Source of the DNA: Eledone cirrhosa
Lineage: Eukaryota
NCBI GenBank assembly: GCA_964016885.1
Contig: OZ024741.1
Location: 61,008,001 to 61,072,000 of the forward strand
Direction: 5' to 3'
DNA: 64,000 nucleotides
In this document: positions 43,245 through 54,194 of the stretch, one piece after another
How positions within the stretch are numbered: position 1 is the stretch's first letter
Layout of the letters: the number at the start of each line of letters is the position of its first letter
Made by a program: the position numbers and the translations under genes
Notes under the pieces: model-generated
Seen by the model: the letters and a program-made list of their open reading frames with translations, nothing else
What the model was told of the DNA's origin: nothing
Databases searched by the model: none

Positions 43245-43424
43245 TGGATTGGCAGTATCAGTAGAGGGTCGGACGCCATGCTTTCCAGCATAGTTACGTC
43301 CCTTTACAATCTGAGTTCAAATCCCGCCGAGGTTGACTTTGCCTTTCATCCTTACGGGGTCGATAAAATAAAGTACCAGTAATGCACTGGGTATTTGCTG
43401 GCCTTGTGCCTAAAGTAGAAACCA
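43245..43424 (+). mobile_element. tRNA-derived SINE, family A
   Basis: Full-length match to other copies; aatatttagtgg duplicated at 43236-43247 and 43424-43435. Confidence 0.88.
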
Positions 43425-43517
43425 ATATTTAGTGGGCTAGAGAGTTAGCAGAGCGTAAGCACGTGGGAAAGTAAAAAATCGGAGAATAGACCGTTAAAAC
43501 ATGTTTATTTAAAATAT

Positions 43518-43556
43518 CACCTACGTACGTTTCGCCCAGTTGGGCTTCTCAAGGGC
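43518..43556 (-). ncRNA. Variant hammerhead motif in PLE 3' UTR
   Basis: cc-TTGAGAA-gccca(ac)tgggc-GAAA-cgtacg-TA-gg, followed by aataaa. Confidence 0.6.
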
Positions 43557-43847
43557 ATAAATAATCACAAGTGTTCCTTATATTGCTCGGAAAGAGTTTA
43601 GGGGGATAAATCTACATCAAGGTTCATTGCTCGCAAAAATAACTTGTTTTGATTTTGCAGCAGGTCAAGGGAGGTAACTCTGGCCGGTGTTAGGGCAGTC
43701 TTTCCCGGACAAATTTTTTTTTCTTTTTGCCGCATCCGTTTGTCTGAGGCTGGGTCTGGTATGCAAGGATTTTTTCCTGGGTGTTATTTTGCAGCGCCTG
43801 CCCGCCGGGCTGTTAAGACTTGTTGCAGGGAGATCCAGTGTACTATT

Positions 43848-44710
43848 TCACTCTTCATCCTTAACCCATCTGAAGAAGGATATTTTTAAGCGATGTGTAC
43901 AACTTATCGCTGTTTCAGCTCTGCTGTTGATGAGCTCGTGGGGTGCAGTTATGATGTGGTAGAGCTCCATGAGGCAAAGATCGCATTTCTTCTTGAAGTT
44001 GTACGGTGCAGCCCTGCCGACAATCTCCCAGTGCGTGGAGAAGCTGATGTTTAAGTCCTTTAGTGATGTGATGTAGTCCGCGAGCGAAGTGGAGTGCCTT
44101 AGTTTTCTATTTGTGAAAGAGTGGAGATGTGTTCGAAACCTAATTTTGAACGGGCCGGAGGTGGCCCCTATATAATGTTTAACGCTATTGTGGCTAGTAA
44201 TAGTGCATCTATATATAACCCTATCAGTCAAGCAGTATCCTCTAAGGGGGCAGCGTCCTCTGTCGCGGCAGTTGCAATTTCTGTCGCGGTTCCGTCTATT
44301 TCCCACGGTAAGGCTATCATTGTTGCTGCCTACGTTGTTACCTACGCTACCGCAGCTGTCGTTAGCACAATTACAACCCACAGCACGCGGGGTGGTGCGA
44401 TTGTTATTCCGCACGTCATGTTCTGCATGTTCCCCAGTCATTTGGCGGTTATTCTGGTTGCGTCTGCGGATGCCGTTGCCAACACTATTGGATGCTGCCA
44501 GGGAGTTGTTAAGGCTGATATAGTTATTGTCAGGTGTAGCTGCGTCTTTGTCGAGGTGCTGTATCTTGGTGATCTTACTGTGGTTCGTTGTTCCTATGAT
44601 GTCTGCTAGGTTAGGAGTAGTAGAGAAGGATATTTTATATTGTTCCTATTAAGAATTTTTCTATACCTATGGTTGGGCGGGAAGTTCTTCTCTAAGGCTT
44701 CGAAGAACAT
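43848..44710 (-). pseudogene. 5'-truncated PLE: RT-EN linker plus GIY-YIG endonuclease (ORF 43848-44441 intact)
   Basis: CNCRDRGRCPLRGYCL-VIY-YIG-FKIRFRTH-STSL-CDLCLME-NSRAE; upstream NFPPNHRYRKILNRNNIK(fs)ISFSTTPNL linker. Confidence 0.92.
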
Positions 44711-44736
44711 CCGGTGAACTAACTGTTGTGTAACCA

Positions 44737-44796
<60 letters not shown>

Positions 44797-45839
44797 AATA
44801 TATCTACTAACATAAGCGCACAGATGTACGCTAATGCCAGCAAATACACAGGTTATGTCATAGTACCTAGGTGGTTCAATGCAGGAGAATGCAGAACAAT
44901 AATATAAAAGACGTAAAATAAGAAAATAAAAAAAAATAAAAAAATGTTTTCAAAAAAATTAACTTACTTAAATTTTCACTCCAACTAATTAGTTTCTGCA
45001 ATGCGATAAAGACAGTTACGTAATGAACTGTTGAGAATTTCATTGCGTCATCATGGAGGTCATTCTCAGCCGAGTCTCCAGGCGATGCGCGGACACTGGG
45101 GACTCATATAAAAATAATAATAATTCGGTAAATGGAACAGCTATCGAGGATTGGATTCCAGCTACTGAAAATTCTCACTGCCACTGATCATATGGCCGAT
45201 TCTAAAGAATCAATCACGTGACACAGAGGCTAGTCAGTAGGAATGGGATGGTAAGATGACAGGCGCCTACTAACACCCCCCCAAAAAAAATTTAGAAGTG
45301 GTTTTGGCAGGTTTGCTCGACAAATCAGTGATTTGGAGATAAATATAGATAATTTAATATATCTACTAACATAAGCGCACAGATGTACGCTAATGCCACC
45401 AAATACACAGGTTATGTCATAGTACCTAGGTGGTTCAATGCAGGAGAATGCAGAACAATAATATAAAAGACGTAAAATAAGAACATTTTTTTTTTAATTT
45501 TTAAAAAAATTTTTTAAAAAATTTTTTTATTTTAAATTATTTTAAATTATCTATATTTATCTCCAAATCACTGATTTGTCGAGCAAACCTGCCAAAACCA
45601 CTTCTAAATTTTTTTCTGGGGGTGTTAGTAGGCGCCTGTCATCTTACCATCCCATTCCTACTGACTAGCCTCTGTGTCACGTGATTGATTCTTTAGAATC
45701 GGCCATATGATCAGTGGCAGTGAGAATTTTCAGTAGCTGGAATCCAGTCCTCGATAGCTGTTCCATTTACCGAATTATTATTATTTTTATATGAGTCCCC
45801 AGTGTCCGCGCATCGCCTGGAGACTCGGCTGAGAATGAC

Positions 45840-45919
45840 CTCCCTGATGACGCAATGAAATTCTCAACAGTTCATTACGTAACTGTCTTTATCCCATTGC
45901 AGAAACTAATTAGTTGGAG
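45840..45919 (+). ncRNA. Type I hammerhead ribozyme, long stem II
   Basis: ctcc-CTGATGA-c-gcaatg...cattgc-a-GAAA-ctaattag-TT-ggag. Confidence 0.85.
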
Positions 45920-45954
45920 TGAAAATTTAAGTAAGTTAATTTTTTTGAAAATTT

Positions 45955-46240
45955 TTTTTATTTTTTATTTTTTATTTTTTACTTTTTACTTTTTATTTTT
46001 TATTTTTTATTTTTTATTTTTTATTTTTTATTTTTTATTTTTTATTTTTTATTTTTTATTTTTTATTTTTTATTTTTTATTTTTTATTTTTTATTTTTTA
46101 TTTTTTATTTTTTATTTTTTATTTTTTATTTTTTATTTTTTATTTTTTATTTTTTATTTTTTATTTTTTATTTTTTATTTTTTATTTTTTATTTTTTATT
46201 TTTTATTTTTTATTTTTTATTTTTTATTTTTTATTTTTTA
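45955..46240 (+). repeat. (TTTTTTA)n expansion inside one array unit
   Basis: About 40 copies of a 7-mer; the equivalent tract is short in the other units. Confidence 0.95.
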
Positions 46241-46667
46241 AATTTTCTTATTTTACGTCTTTTATATTATTGTTCTGCATTCTCCTGCATTGAACCACCT
46301 AGGTACTATGACATAACCTGTGTATTTGGTGGCATTAGCGTACATCTGTGCGCTTATGTTAGTAGATATATTAAATTATCTATATTTATCTCCAAATCAC
46401 TGATTTGTCGAGCAAACCTGCCAAAACCACTTCTAAATTTTTTGGGGGGGTGTTAGTAGGCGCCTGTCATCTTACCATCCCATTCCTACTGACTAGCCTC
46501 TGTGTCACGTGATTGATTCTTTAGAATCGGCCATATGATCAGTGGCAGTGAGAATTTTCAGTAGCTGGAATCCAGTCCTCGATAGCTGTTCCATTTACCG
46601 AATTATTATTATTTTTATATGAGTCCCCAGTGTCCGCGCATCGCCTGGAGACTCGGCTGAGAATGAC

Positions 46668-46747
46668 CTCCCTGATGACGCCATGAAATTCTCAACAGTT
46701 CATTACGTAACTGTCTTTATCCCATTGCAGAAACTAATTAGTTGGAG
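46668..46747 (+). ncRNA. Second tandem hammerhead of the array
   Basis: Same as 45840-45919 with one stem II mismatch; antisense copy 44979-45058 has core ATGATGA. Confidence 0.8.
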
Positions 46748-46809
46748 TGAAAATTTAAGTAAGTTAATTCTTTTGAAAAAAATTTTTTTTTTTATTTTCT
46801 TATTTTACG

Positions 46810-46869
<60 letters not shown>

Positions 46870-48333
46870 ATGGATGCATCGCAATTTCCATAATTTACAT
46901 CAGTTGATCCTTCCTTCACATATGCATGGCACGAACGTGACATTTATACCTTCCAATGGATCCTTTCACCATATGCTACTACGAAGAAAAATCTTTTACG
47001 GCCGCGGCCGGCCTGCCAAGCTCATGCAATGCACATGACGGATATTTACATCAATTTATACCTGTATGTGAAGCTTTTTTTAAATGAAGGGCCTTACACT
47101 GGACCAATCTCAGTCTCTAAACAACTGTGTCAGGTATCCAAATAGAAAAGAGTTCACCATTATGGAGTCACAGGTGCTACATCAGATTTTTGCTTATCCA
47201 AAAATAATGTCCTAACAAAGCCAAGGGTCTCTCACTTTCTGTGGGCTAACTTCGCGCTCGGCACGAAACCGAGTATTTCCATTTCCTCGCATACATATAT
47301 ATATATGTGTGTGTGCGTGTTTGCGCATGTGTGTCTGTGAACGCGCTTGGCTTAGAGCGTCGGGCTTACAATCGTGACGTTATGAGTTCGATTCCCGGAG
47401 CGGGTTGTGTGTTGTGTTCTTGAACAAGAGATTTTATTTCACGTTGCTCCAGTTTACTGTACGTACATTAACAAATGTTGTTTGTTCACTTTCTCTATGG
47501 AATGAATGAAGGTGCATGGTTTAATGGTTAAGGTATTCAGTTAAGAAACGTCAGTTTGTGAGTTCAATTCTAGACAACTCATTATCTCCTTCAATAAGAC
47601 ACATTATTTCACCGTGCTCCAGTCCAGTCAGTTGGAAAAAATAATTTGTACTTGTTATTCAAAGCGTCAGCTTTGTCATTCACTGTGCCTCACTGAATCT
47701 ATCTGAAGACTCTGTTCAGCGTATACATATCTGTGGAATGATCAGCTACTTGCTAGTTATCTTCATGAGCACACTGATCCGTTTATCAAACAACTGGTAC
47801 ATTCGTTGTTGAAAATCTGTTAACACTGTTTATATTGGGCAGTAAGAATTACGTAACTATGTCGTTTGAATAGATGTGTAAATAAGAAAAAGATACTATT
47901 ATTAACGTTTTCATAGTAGACAATTAATTTCATTACTGACACAATTGTTACAAGAAACTATTATCTAGCACAGACAAATGTATTCCCAGATTAGAATAGA
48001 GAATGATAACAAGATAATATAGTGAAGAAATACATTAAGCATGTATTTCTGTTCACAATCAGCTGCCTAATTGCTCGTTATGTCTCTACTCTATTTAATC
48101 AATAATGAAGCCAAAAAGGAAATATGTTATCTCACTTCCATTGTAGATTAATGCTAAAGAGATCTAGAAATAATTTATTTCTAAGATAACTACAAGAACT
48201 ACAATAATGATTATTATGGAGGCATGATATTTCCATATTTCGGGCATCATATTTTTAAAATGTACTTATCTCGCTGAATGAAACACAATTTTTCGTCATG
48301 CTTGTAATAAAAAAAAGCAGAAAAAAAAATATA

Positions 48334-48369
<36 letters not shown>

Positions 48370-48481
48370 TGAATGTATGTATGTATGTATGTATGTATGT
48401 TATCTCTTTCTCTTAATTTCGAGTATATTTTTTTTGACCGGCCACCTTCCTGGTGGCAAGGTTGTAAAAGAAAAGAAATTG

Positions 48482-50533
48482 TCATCCCTTGAATCGCAAG
48501 AATGTTTTGCAAATTTTGAAGGTGCCAGCTATCGCAGCCATTTGTAGACTATGAATTAGGGAGCTGCACTTTTTGTCCGCAAATCCAAGTTCAGTCATAC
48601 TTTGGTCCAAGCGGGTTGGTATATTAGCCGTAGTTCCAATAATGATGGGTATGAAGCTAAAGGTGTATCTTGGATACTGGATTTGTAAACTCCCCATCAA
48701 TGGTCCGTAGATGTCCTCCTTCTCCTGTATTTTTCTGACAACGTTTACATCAAGTGGGCAGCTGATCTCCACAACAGAACATGTTTTCAATGTGTGGTCC
48801 CAAACAACAATATCAGGCCGGTTGTGCTTTAATTTGGTGGCAGTTTTTATTTTCAGATTCCACCAATATTCCTTAGTGCCATCTGTCTCAATATATTCTT
48901 CCTCGTTTGTTGTTAATTTTGTTTTCCGAAGTGCGTTCCAGATGGTTCTAGCTATCCCATCGTGTCTCATGGGGAGGTAGTAGCGAGATGACATTCTTTC
49001 GCAGCTGGCAACCATGTGGCTTACATCCTCGATCTTTGTTTTACATAGCCTACATTTATTGTCAGCTGCTGGCCCTCCTCTTTTGTGCAGCAGATATTTG
49101 GTAGGGAGTTCTTGTTCCTGTATTGCATAGAGATATCCCTCAAGGTGTGATATCATAAACTTGTCGGAACTCCATGCCAGGCTTTTTGAGTGGTTTATCC
49201 CCTCTATGGTCTGTGTTTTACGCCTCAAGTATCCATGCACAACTTTTTCTGTAAATTGGTCAATTTTTTTATCTTGTTTGAACATTGAATAGGATCTTCC
49301 GATTTCTCTGGGTGAGAGATTTGTATCAGGCTTTATTCCATATCCCTCCTCCAGATCAGTCGCTATTCTAATGATATTTTTTTTTTCATGCTCATAAACC
49401 TGGGCAAGATGGTTGCCAACCTTTTTCCTCTGTTGAAGGTGTTGCTTCAGTGTTACTATCCGGGTCTCATATGTTGTTAATATTGATTTTAGACCCCGGC
49501 CACCTTCCTTGCGTGAGAAGTATAGCCTATCCACATCACCATTGATGTTAAAGTTCACAGTAACACTGAGAAGTTTTCGAGTTCTAACATCCATCTCACT
49601 TAGTTCTTGCAATGACCAGTTCAGCAGGCCAAATGTTGGCGTTAGAATTGGCACAGCATAAGTATTGTGGGCAATGTATTTGTTGTACGCTGACAGTTCT
49701 GATGACCATATTTTCTTTACTCTTCTGAGGTATTCAGTTCTGGTTCTCTCCTTATTTATGGGTCCATCATATCTGACATTCTCATCCTGTCCAAGATATC
49801 TGTAGTTGTCACCTGACTGTAGAGGTTGTATTGTCAGGCCGTTCATCTCTAGATTTCTAGAGGAGGGCACAGCTCTTCCACGTTTTACTGCCAAATATGC
49901 ACACTTGGACTCACCAAATTTCATTTTGATGTCGGTTGAAAATCGTGTAATGAGGTCCAATTGTTTCTTGATGTCATTGATATTTGGCCCATACAACTTC
50001 AGGTCGTCAACAAAGAAAAGATGGGAGATACTTCTGGGCCCACTTCTTTGTCCACCTTGTTTCCTGAGTAGGTAAGATAGTGGATTAAGTGAGAGAACGA
50101 AGAGTAGCACTGACAAGCTTTCACCCTGAAAGATGCCCTTCTGGTAATGTATCTTATCAGTCTTAACTTGCTCCTTCTCACCTCTAAGGATCAAATTGGT
50201 GTACCAGTTCTTGGTCAGGCGTTCAACAGCAGCTACCAATGGTTGTGGGACTTTAGCTAACTGTAAAGCCTTAATAGTCCACCCATGAGGTACACTATCA
50301 AATGCTTTTTGATAGTCCAGCCACACCACAGTCATGTTTCTGCGATTCTTTGTTGTTTTTTCCTGAATCATTTTGTTAGTTAGTAGGTGATCTATGCATC
50401 CCCACACCTCCCTCTTTCCACCAGCTTGCTCAGGTGTTATGATGTTGTTGGTATCACAGTGATCCTGTAAGAACAGGTTAAGGCACCCAGTATATAATTT
50501 ATACATGATGTTTTGGCAGGCTATTGGGCGGTA
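48482..50533 (-). CDS. R4/Dong-like non-LTR retrotransposon: RT, CCHC finger, restriction-like endonuclease (uninterrupted 674-aa ORF, N-terminally incomplete)
   Basis: YRPIAC, WLDYQKAFDSVPH, GIFQGESLS, HLFFVDD, CRLC..H...C, RHD, RPDIVVWD, EISCP; short 3' UTR running into (CATA)n at ~48340-48400. Confidence 0.92.
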   Translation of the reverse strand, partial: YRPIACQNIMYKLYTGCLNLFLQDHCDTNNIITPEQAGGKREVWGCIDHLLTNKMIQEKTTKNRRNMTVVWLDYQKAFDSVPHGWTIKALQLAKVPQPLVAAVERLTKNWYTNLILRGEKEQVKTDKIHYQKGIFQGESLSVLLFVLSLNPLSYLLRKQGGQRSGPRSISHLFFVDDLKLYGPNINDIKKQLDLITRFSTDIKMKFGESKCAYLAVKRGRAVPSSRNLEMNGLTIQPLQSGDNYRYLGQDENVRYDGPINKERTRTEYLRRVKKIWSSELSAYNKYIAHNTYAVPILTPTFGLLNWSLQELSEMDVRTRKLLSVTVNFNINGDVDRLYFSRKEGGRGLKSILTTYETRIVTLKQHLQQRKKVGNHLAQVYEHEKKNIIRIATDLEEGYGIKPDTNLSPREIGRSYSMFKQDKKIDQFTEKVVHGYLRRKTQTIEGINHSKSLAWSSDKFMISHLEGYLYAIQEQELPTKYLLHKRGGPAADNKCRLCKTKIEDVSHMVASCERMSSRYYLPMRHDGIARTIWNALRKTKLTTNEEEYIETDGTKEYWWNLKIKTATKLKHNRPDIVVWDHTLKTCSVVEISCPLDVNVVRKIQEKEDIYGPLMGSLQIQYPRYTFSFIPIIIGTTANIPTRLDQSMTELGFADKKCSSLIHSLQMAAIAGTFKICKTFLRFKG

Positions 50534-50587
50534 TAAGGGCTGTATTTGTAGTATCAGTCAATTCCGTTAGATGTATCAATTTACATC

Positions 50588-50807
50588 TAATGATAGATAC
50601 GTTTTGCCTGTTCATTTAAATGCTTTGGAGAAAAGTCTAATTCTGGGTGTTTGGAGTTCCATAAAGTTTTTAGTCTTTGCATAAAACCGAACTTTTGGGG
50701 TCAGATTGTTTGTATGCTTCATATAATACTTTGTTAAGCTCGTAGCTCCACTGTATACAAAGGTTGTAGTTGCGATTTGGTCGAAGGAGACTTGTACTTT
50801 TTGCCAT
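50588..50807 (-). pseudogene. N-terminal (myb-like) domain of an R4-clade ORF
   Basis: MAKSTSLLRPNRNYNLCIQWSYELNKVLYEAYKQSDPKS(fs)GFMQRLKTLWNSKHPELDFSPKHLNEQAKRI fits the recalled R4 pattern W..E.N..L...Y..S.P...G...R...W....P......L..Q...I. Confidence 0.7.
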
Positions 50808-50991
50808 GATGAGTTCGTCTATTCACTAATATTTCGTATTTATTTTTCAAAATAGTCGATGATCTTCTTTAAAAGTTTCGACAAAGTTCTGTCAGAATCA
50901 AATTTAAAGTTATTTACAGCTTGGGTAATATTTCTTTTCAGTTAGTGTTTAATTCTACAACTGTGTTTTAAACGTTGTTCTTGAATCGTTT

Positions 50992-51341
50992 GAATCGAGA
51001 ACAAAAAGAACCGTTACTTAGTATATTTCTTTATGAATGTAATATAATATAACAACGCTGTATTTATATGTTAAAGTTTATGTATCATTCATATAAATAG
51101 GTGTTCTACCACTTATTCACAACATATTCACAGTTCAAACACTTATGTTTTTTGTTTCTGAATCGAAAACGTTACTTGTATATTTCTTTATGAATGTAAT
51201 ATAACAACGTTGCATTTATATGTTAAAGTGTATGTATCGTTCATATATCATAAGTGTATGTATCGTTCATATATTATAAGTGTATGTATCGTTCATATAA
51301 ATAGGTGTTTTACAACACACTTACAGTTCAAACACTTATGT
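50992..51341 (+). repeat. Tandem duplication (~170 bp) with internal ~25-bp triplication
   Basis: cgttactt...cagttcaaacacttatgt twice; aagtgtatgtatcgttcatata three times. Confidence 0.85.
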
Positions 51342-52334
51342 AGAATTATTGTGTGTAATCTTACCGTGTAATGTAGCTCAACTTTTTCCAATATATGGTA
51401 TGTTGCCTTCATGTAAGCCGTAATTACACACGTCCGATTATCGGACACTAACCACAACGGTCGCCATTATGTATGTATGTATGTATGTATGTATGTGTAT
51501 GTATGTATGTATGTATGTATGTATGTATGTATGTATGTATGTATGTATGTATGTATGTATGTATGTATTGATATATGTATGTATGTATGTAAAGTATGTA
51601 TTAATACTCTGATAAATGAGTGGTTCTGAATCCCTCATAAAAGCACATGTTTCCAATTGTAATAATATGGAATGGAACTCCATCTGTTTCGACGATGAGT
51701 GACCCAGTTGTTCGATCAACAGAACAGCCTGCTCATGTAATTGCGTGTAAGTAGTTAAATATTCTACAGTCACGTGTACCCTTAACATAATCTCCAGTAA
51801 GATTCGGCGTGGTACAGAGGGTACTTTCCATTTCGTATTATAATGGAAGTGGCTGGGCATACACGTGTACCCTTAATATACTTCCCAAGGAGATTCAGTG
51901 TGGCACATTGTGTGACAAGGCTGGGCAATTGAATTACAGGTACAGCCTATCCGATGGACTTCCAAATAGTTTCCTCCTATCCATTTTTAATCAGAAGCTA
52001 TGGATCTATCCCAGGCACTTACCTAAGATAGCACGCGGGCATCGCGAACCGTGCTACGTCCACCTTTCTCATATTAAGCTCAATATCTTAACCCATATGC
52101 TCATGCATGCAATCTAATCTAGCTTTTAGCATTGGATCACGACATTAGGGACTTTATTTTGTTTAGCAAGAAATTGCGCAATATATCTTATTTTCTGATA
52201 AAAATGTTCTATGCACATACTGTAGGCGTGGAACAAGACCATTCTCCGAAATAATATGAAAATATATGGTATTCCTAAAATGTATTTTGAAATTAATACA
52301 TTTCTTAAAACTGGATTCTAGTATATTTTATATT

Positions 52335-52366
<32 letters not shown>

Positions 52367-52481
52367 TGTATGTATGTATGTATGTATGTATGTATATATA
52401 TATATATATAAATACATATATATATATCGTTTCTGAATTTGTTTAGCAAGATTCTTTATTTGAAAACGTGTGTTGAAACTG

Positions 52482-52767
52482 ATATTGTTATACTTTGGGA
52501 GGGTCATGTTCCAAAAAGAAACACACGCACCAGTTATTTCACTCCAATTTATGAAGAGCTCACAGAATGTGTGACGAAAGAACTTTGACAATAAATGAAC
52601 AACCGTCCGGTTGTGGAAGCAACCAACCAACCGGAAATTTATGCATTTTTTTTTTATTTATTTAAAAAAAAAAAAAAATTTTTATTTTTTAATTTTTAAA
52701 TTAGGGTGAAACAACTGGTGCATGTGTTTCTTATTGGCAACATGACCGTCCCAAAGTATAACAATAT
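52482..52767. repeat. MITE-like inverted repeat, ~62-bp arms
   Basis: 52482-52543 vs 52704-52767; spacer has eroded ATGAAGA..tcac..gtga..GAAA motif. Confidence 0.75.
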
Positions 52768-52898
52768 ATATATATATACACACACACTATTTGATAACTA
52801 TTTCATCTGATGAACGAGCTGGACATTTCTGTAAGGATCATCTAGTTTCCTTTGGCAATGGTATAACTCTATTTTGTTGTTTATTATGTAAATAAATT

Positions 52899-53063
<165 letters not shown>

Positions 53064-53193
53064 AAAATGAGATGTCATACACGAGGGTAAGTATAAGGGA
53101 AAAAATCGAAAATGCAGCTGGAGTCTTTTAAAGAATATTTATTTGTTTCCTTTACCGGTTTTGCAGTTTTTATGCAGTTCTTTGGTTTGGGTT

Positions 53194-53398
53194 GGTTTTC
53201 GCTTCTGTATCTTTTATATCTCCACAGTTAATTTATCTGGCAATCAATGTTTATCATTGATTGACCAACGGTTAAAATTACAGATATAAATATATATATA
53301 TAGTCTATCAAAGTACTTTCTTTTTAATCAATGATAAACATTGATTGCCAGATAAATTAACTGTGGAGATATAAAAGATACAGAAGCCAAACCAAACA
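53194..53398. repeat. Inverted repeat, ~70-bp arms around a short TA tract
   Basis: gcttctgtatc...atcattgatt vs aatcaatgat...gatacagaagc. Confidence 0.85.
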
Positions 53399-53641
53399 GT
53401 GATGTGAGTAACTTGTAGTTACTAGTGGTGACGCTGGTCGAAGCACTCGATACTGTTACTGGCTCCACATCTCGTTGTGTTGTGCTCCATGTTTAACACA
53501 CTTCGATCTTCCGACGTGGAAGAGGCTCCTATCAGAAGAAACCGTCACCGAATCATAATTTTTCTTACCTGTTGTACAAACCTGGCTGGACACAGAACAC
53601 TGCACAAACATTCTAAAAGTTCTATTGAGTTATGAAATAAT

Positions 53642-53771
53642 TGTTTCTACTTTAGGCACAAGGCCAGCAATTATCCAGTGCATTACTGGTACTTTATTTT
53701 ATCGACCCCGTAAGGATGAAAGGCAAAGTCAACCTCGGCGGGATTTGAACTCAGATCGTAAAGGGACGTAA
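53642..53771 (-). mobile_element. 5'-truncated family A SINE with 20-bp TSD
   Basis: ctattgagttatgaaataat at 53622-53641 and 53772-53791. Confidence 0.9.
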
Positions 53772-54194
53772 CTATTGAGTTATGAAATAATACATATGAA
53801 TAAGCCATAGATGACGAACATCATTAAGTAATGTCAGTTTCATGAGGAGATAAAACGCCTCCACCCTTTGAAGGAAAAAAAATTAAAAAATGAGTATAAA
53901 TCCTGGAAAACTGTAAGTCCGGTATTGAAAATAAAAAGATCAAAAAATCACAAGGGATTGACACTCCAAATTCATTATTCTCCTTTTACTTTGCTCCACT
54001 TTTCAAATTAAATGACACGACGGTTGAGTTATATTCAAATATTGTAAGCGCGTCCATTGAGAATATCGTTACGTTGTTTGCGAAAATGTAAAACAAATCT
54101 TTATATCCTAGACAGAAATGTTGACTTTTATTTCTAGATACATTTTTTATATAATTGTCTGCTGGTAGATTTTGTATTTCGCTCTATATCTTCA

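Larger units (their letters stand above)
44791..46817. mobile_element. Retrozyme-like / tandem-pLTR array of a ~560-bp HHR unit, inverted plus tandem
   Basis: 44791-45485 is ~1.25 units antisense; 45544-46817 is ~1.8 units sense; non-coding; (TA)n at both ends. Confidence 0.85.

Noticed and set aside
45735-45835. Possible HDV-like ribozyme (cag-tcctcg...ctg)
   Set aside because: Resolves as simple hairpins; I could not build the P1/P2 pseudoknot
45830-45866. Alternative type III hammerhead fold using the first GAAA (tgagaat...CTGATGA-cgcaat-GAAA-ttctca)
   Set aside because: No stem I, and G at the cleavage position; the type I fold with the downstream GAAA satisfies all stems
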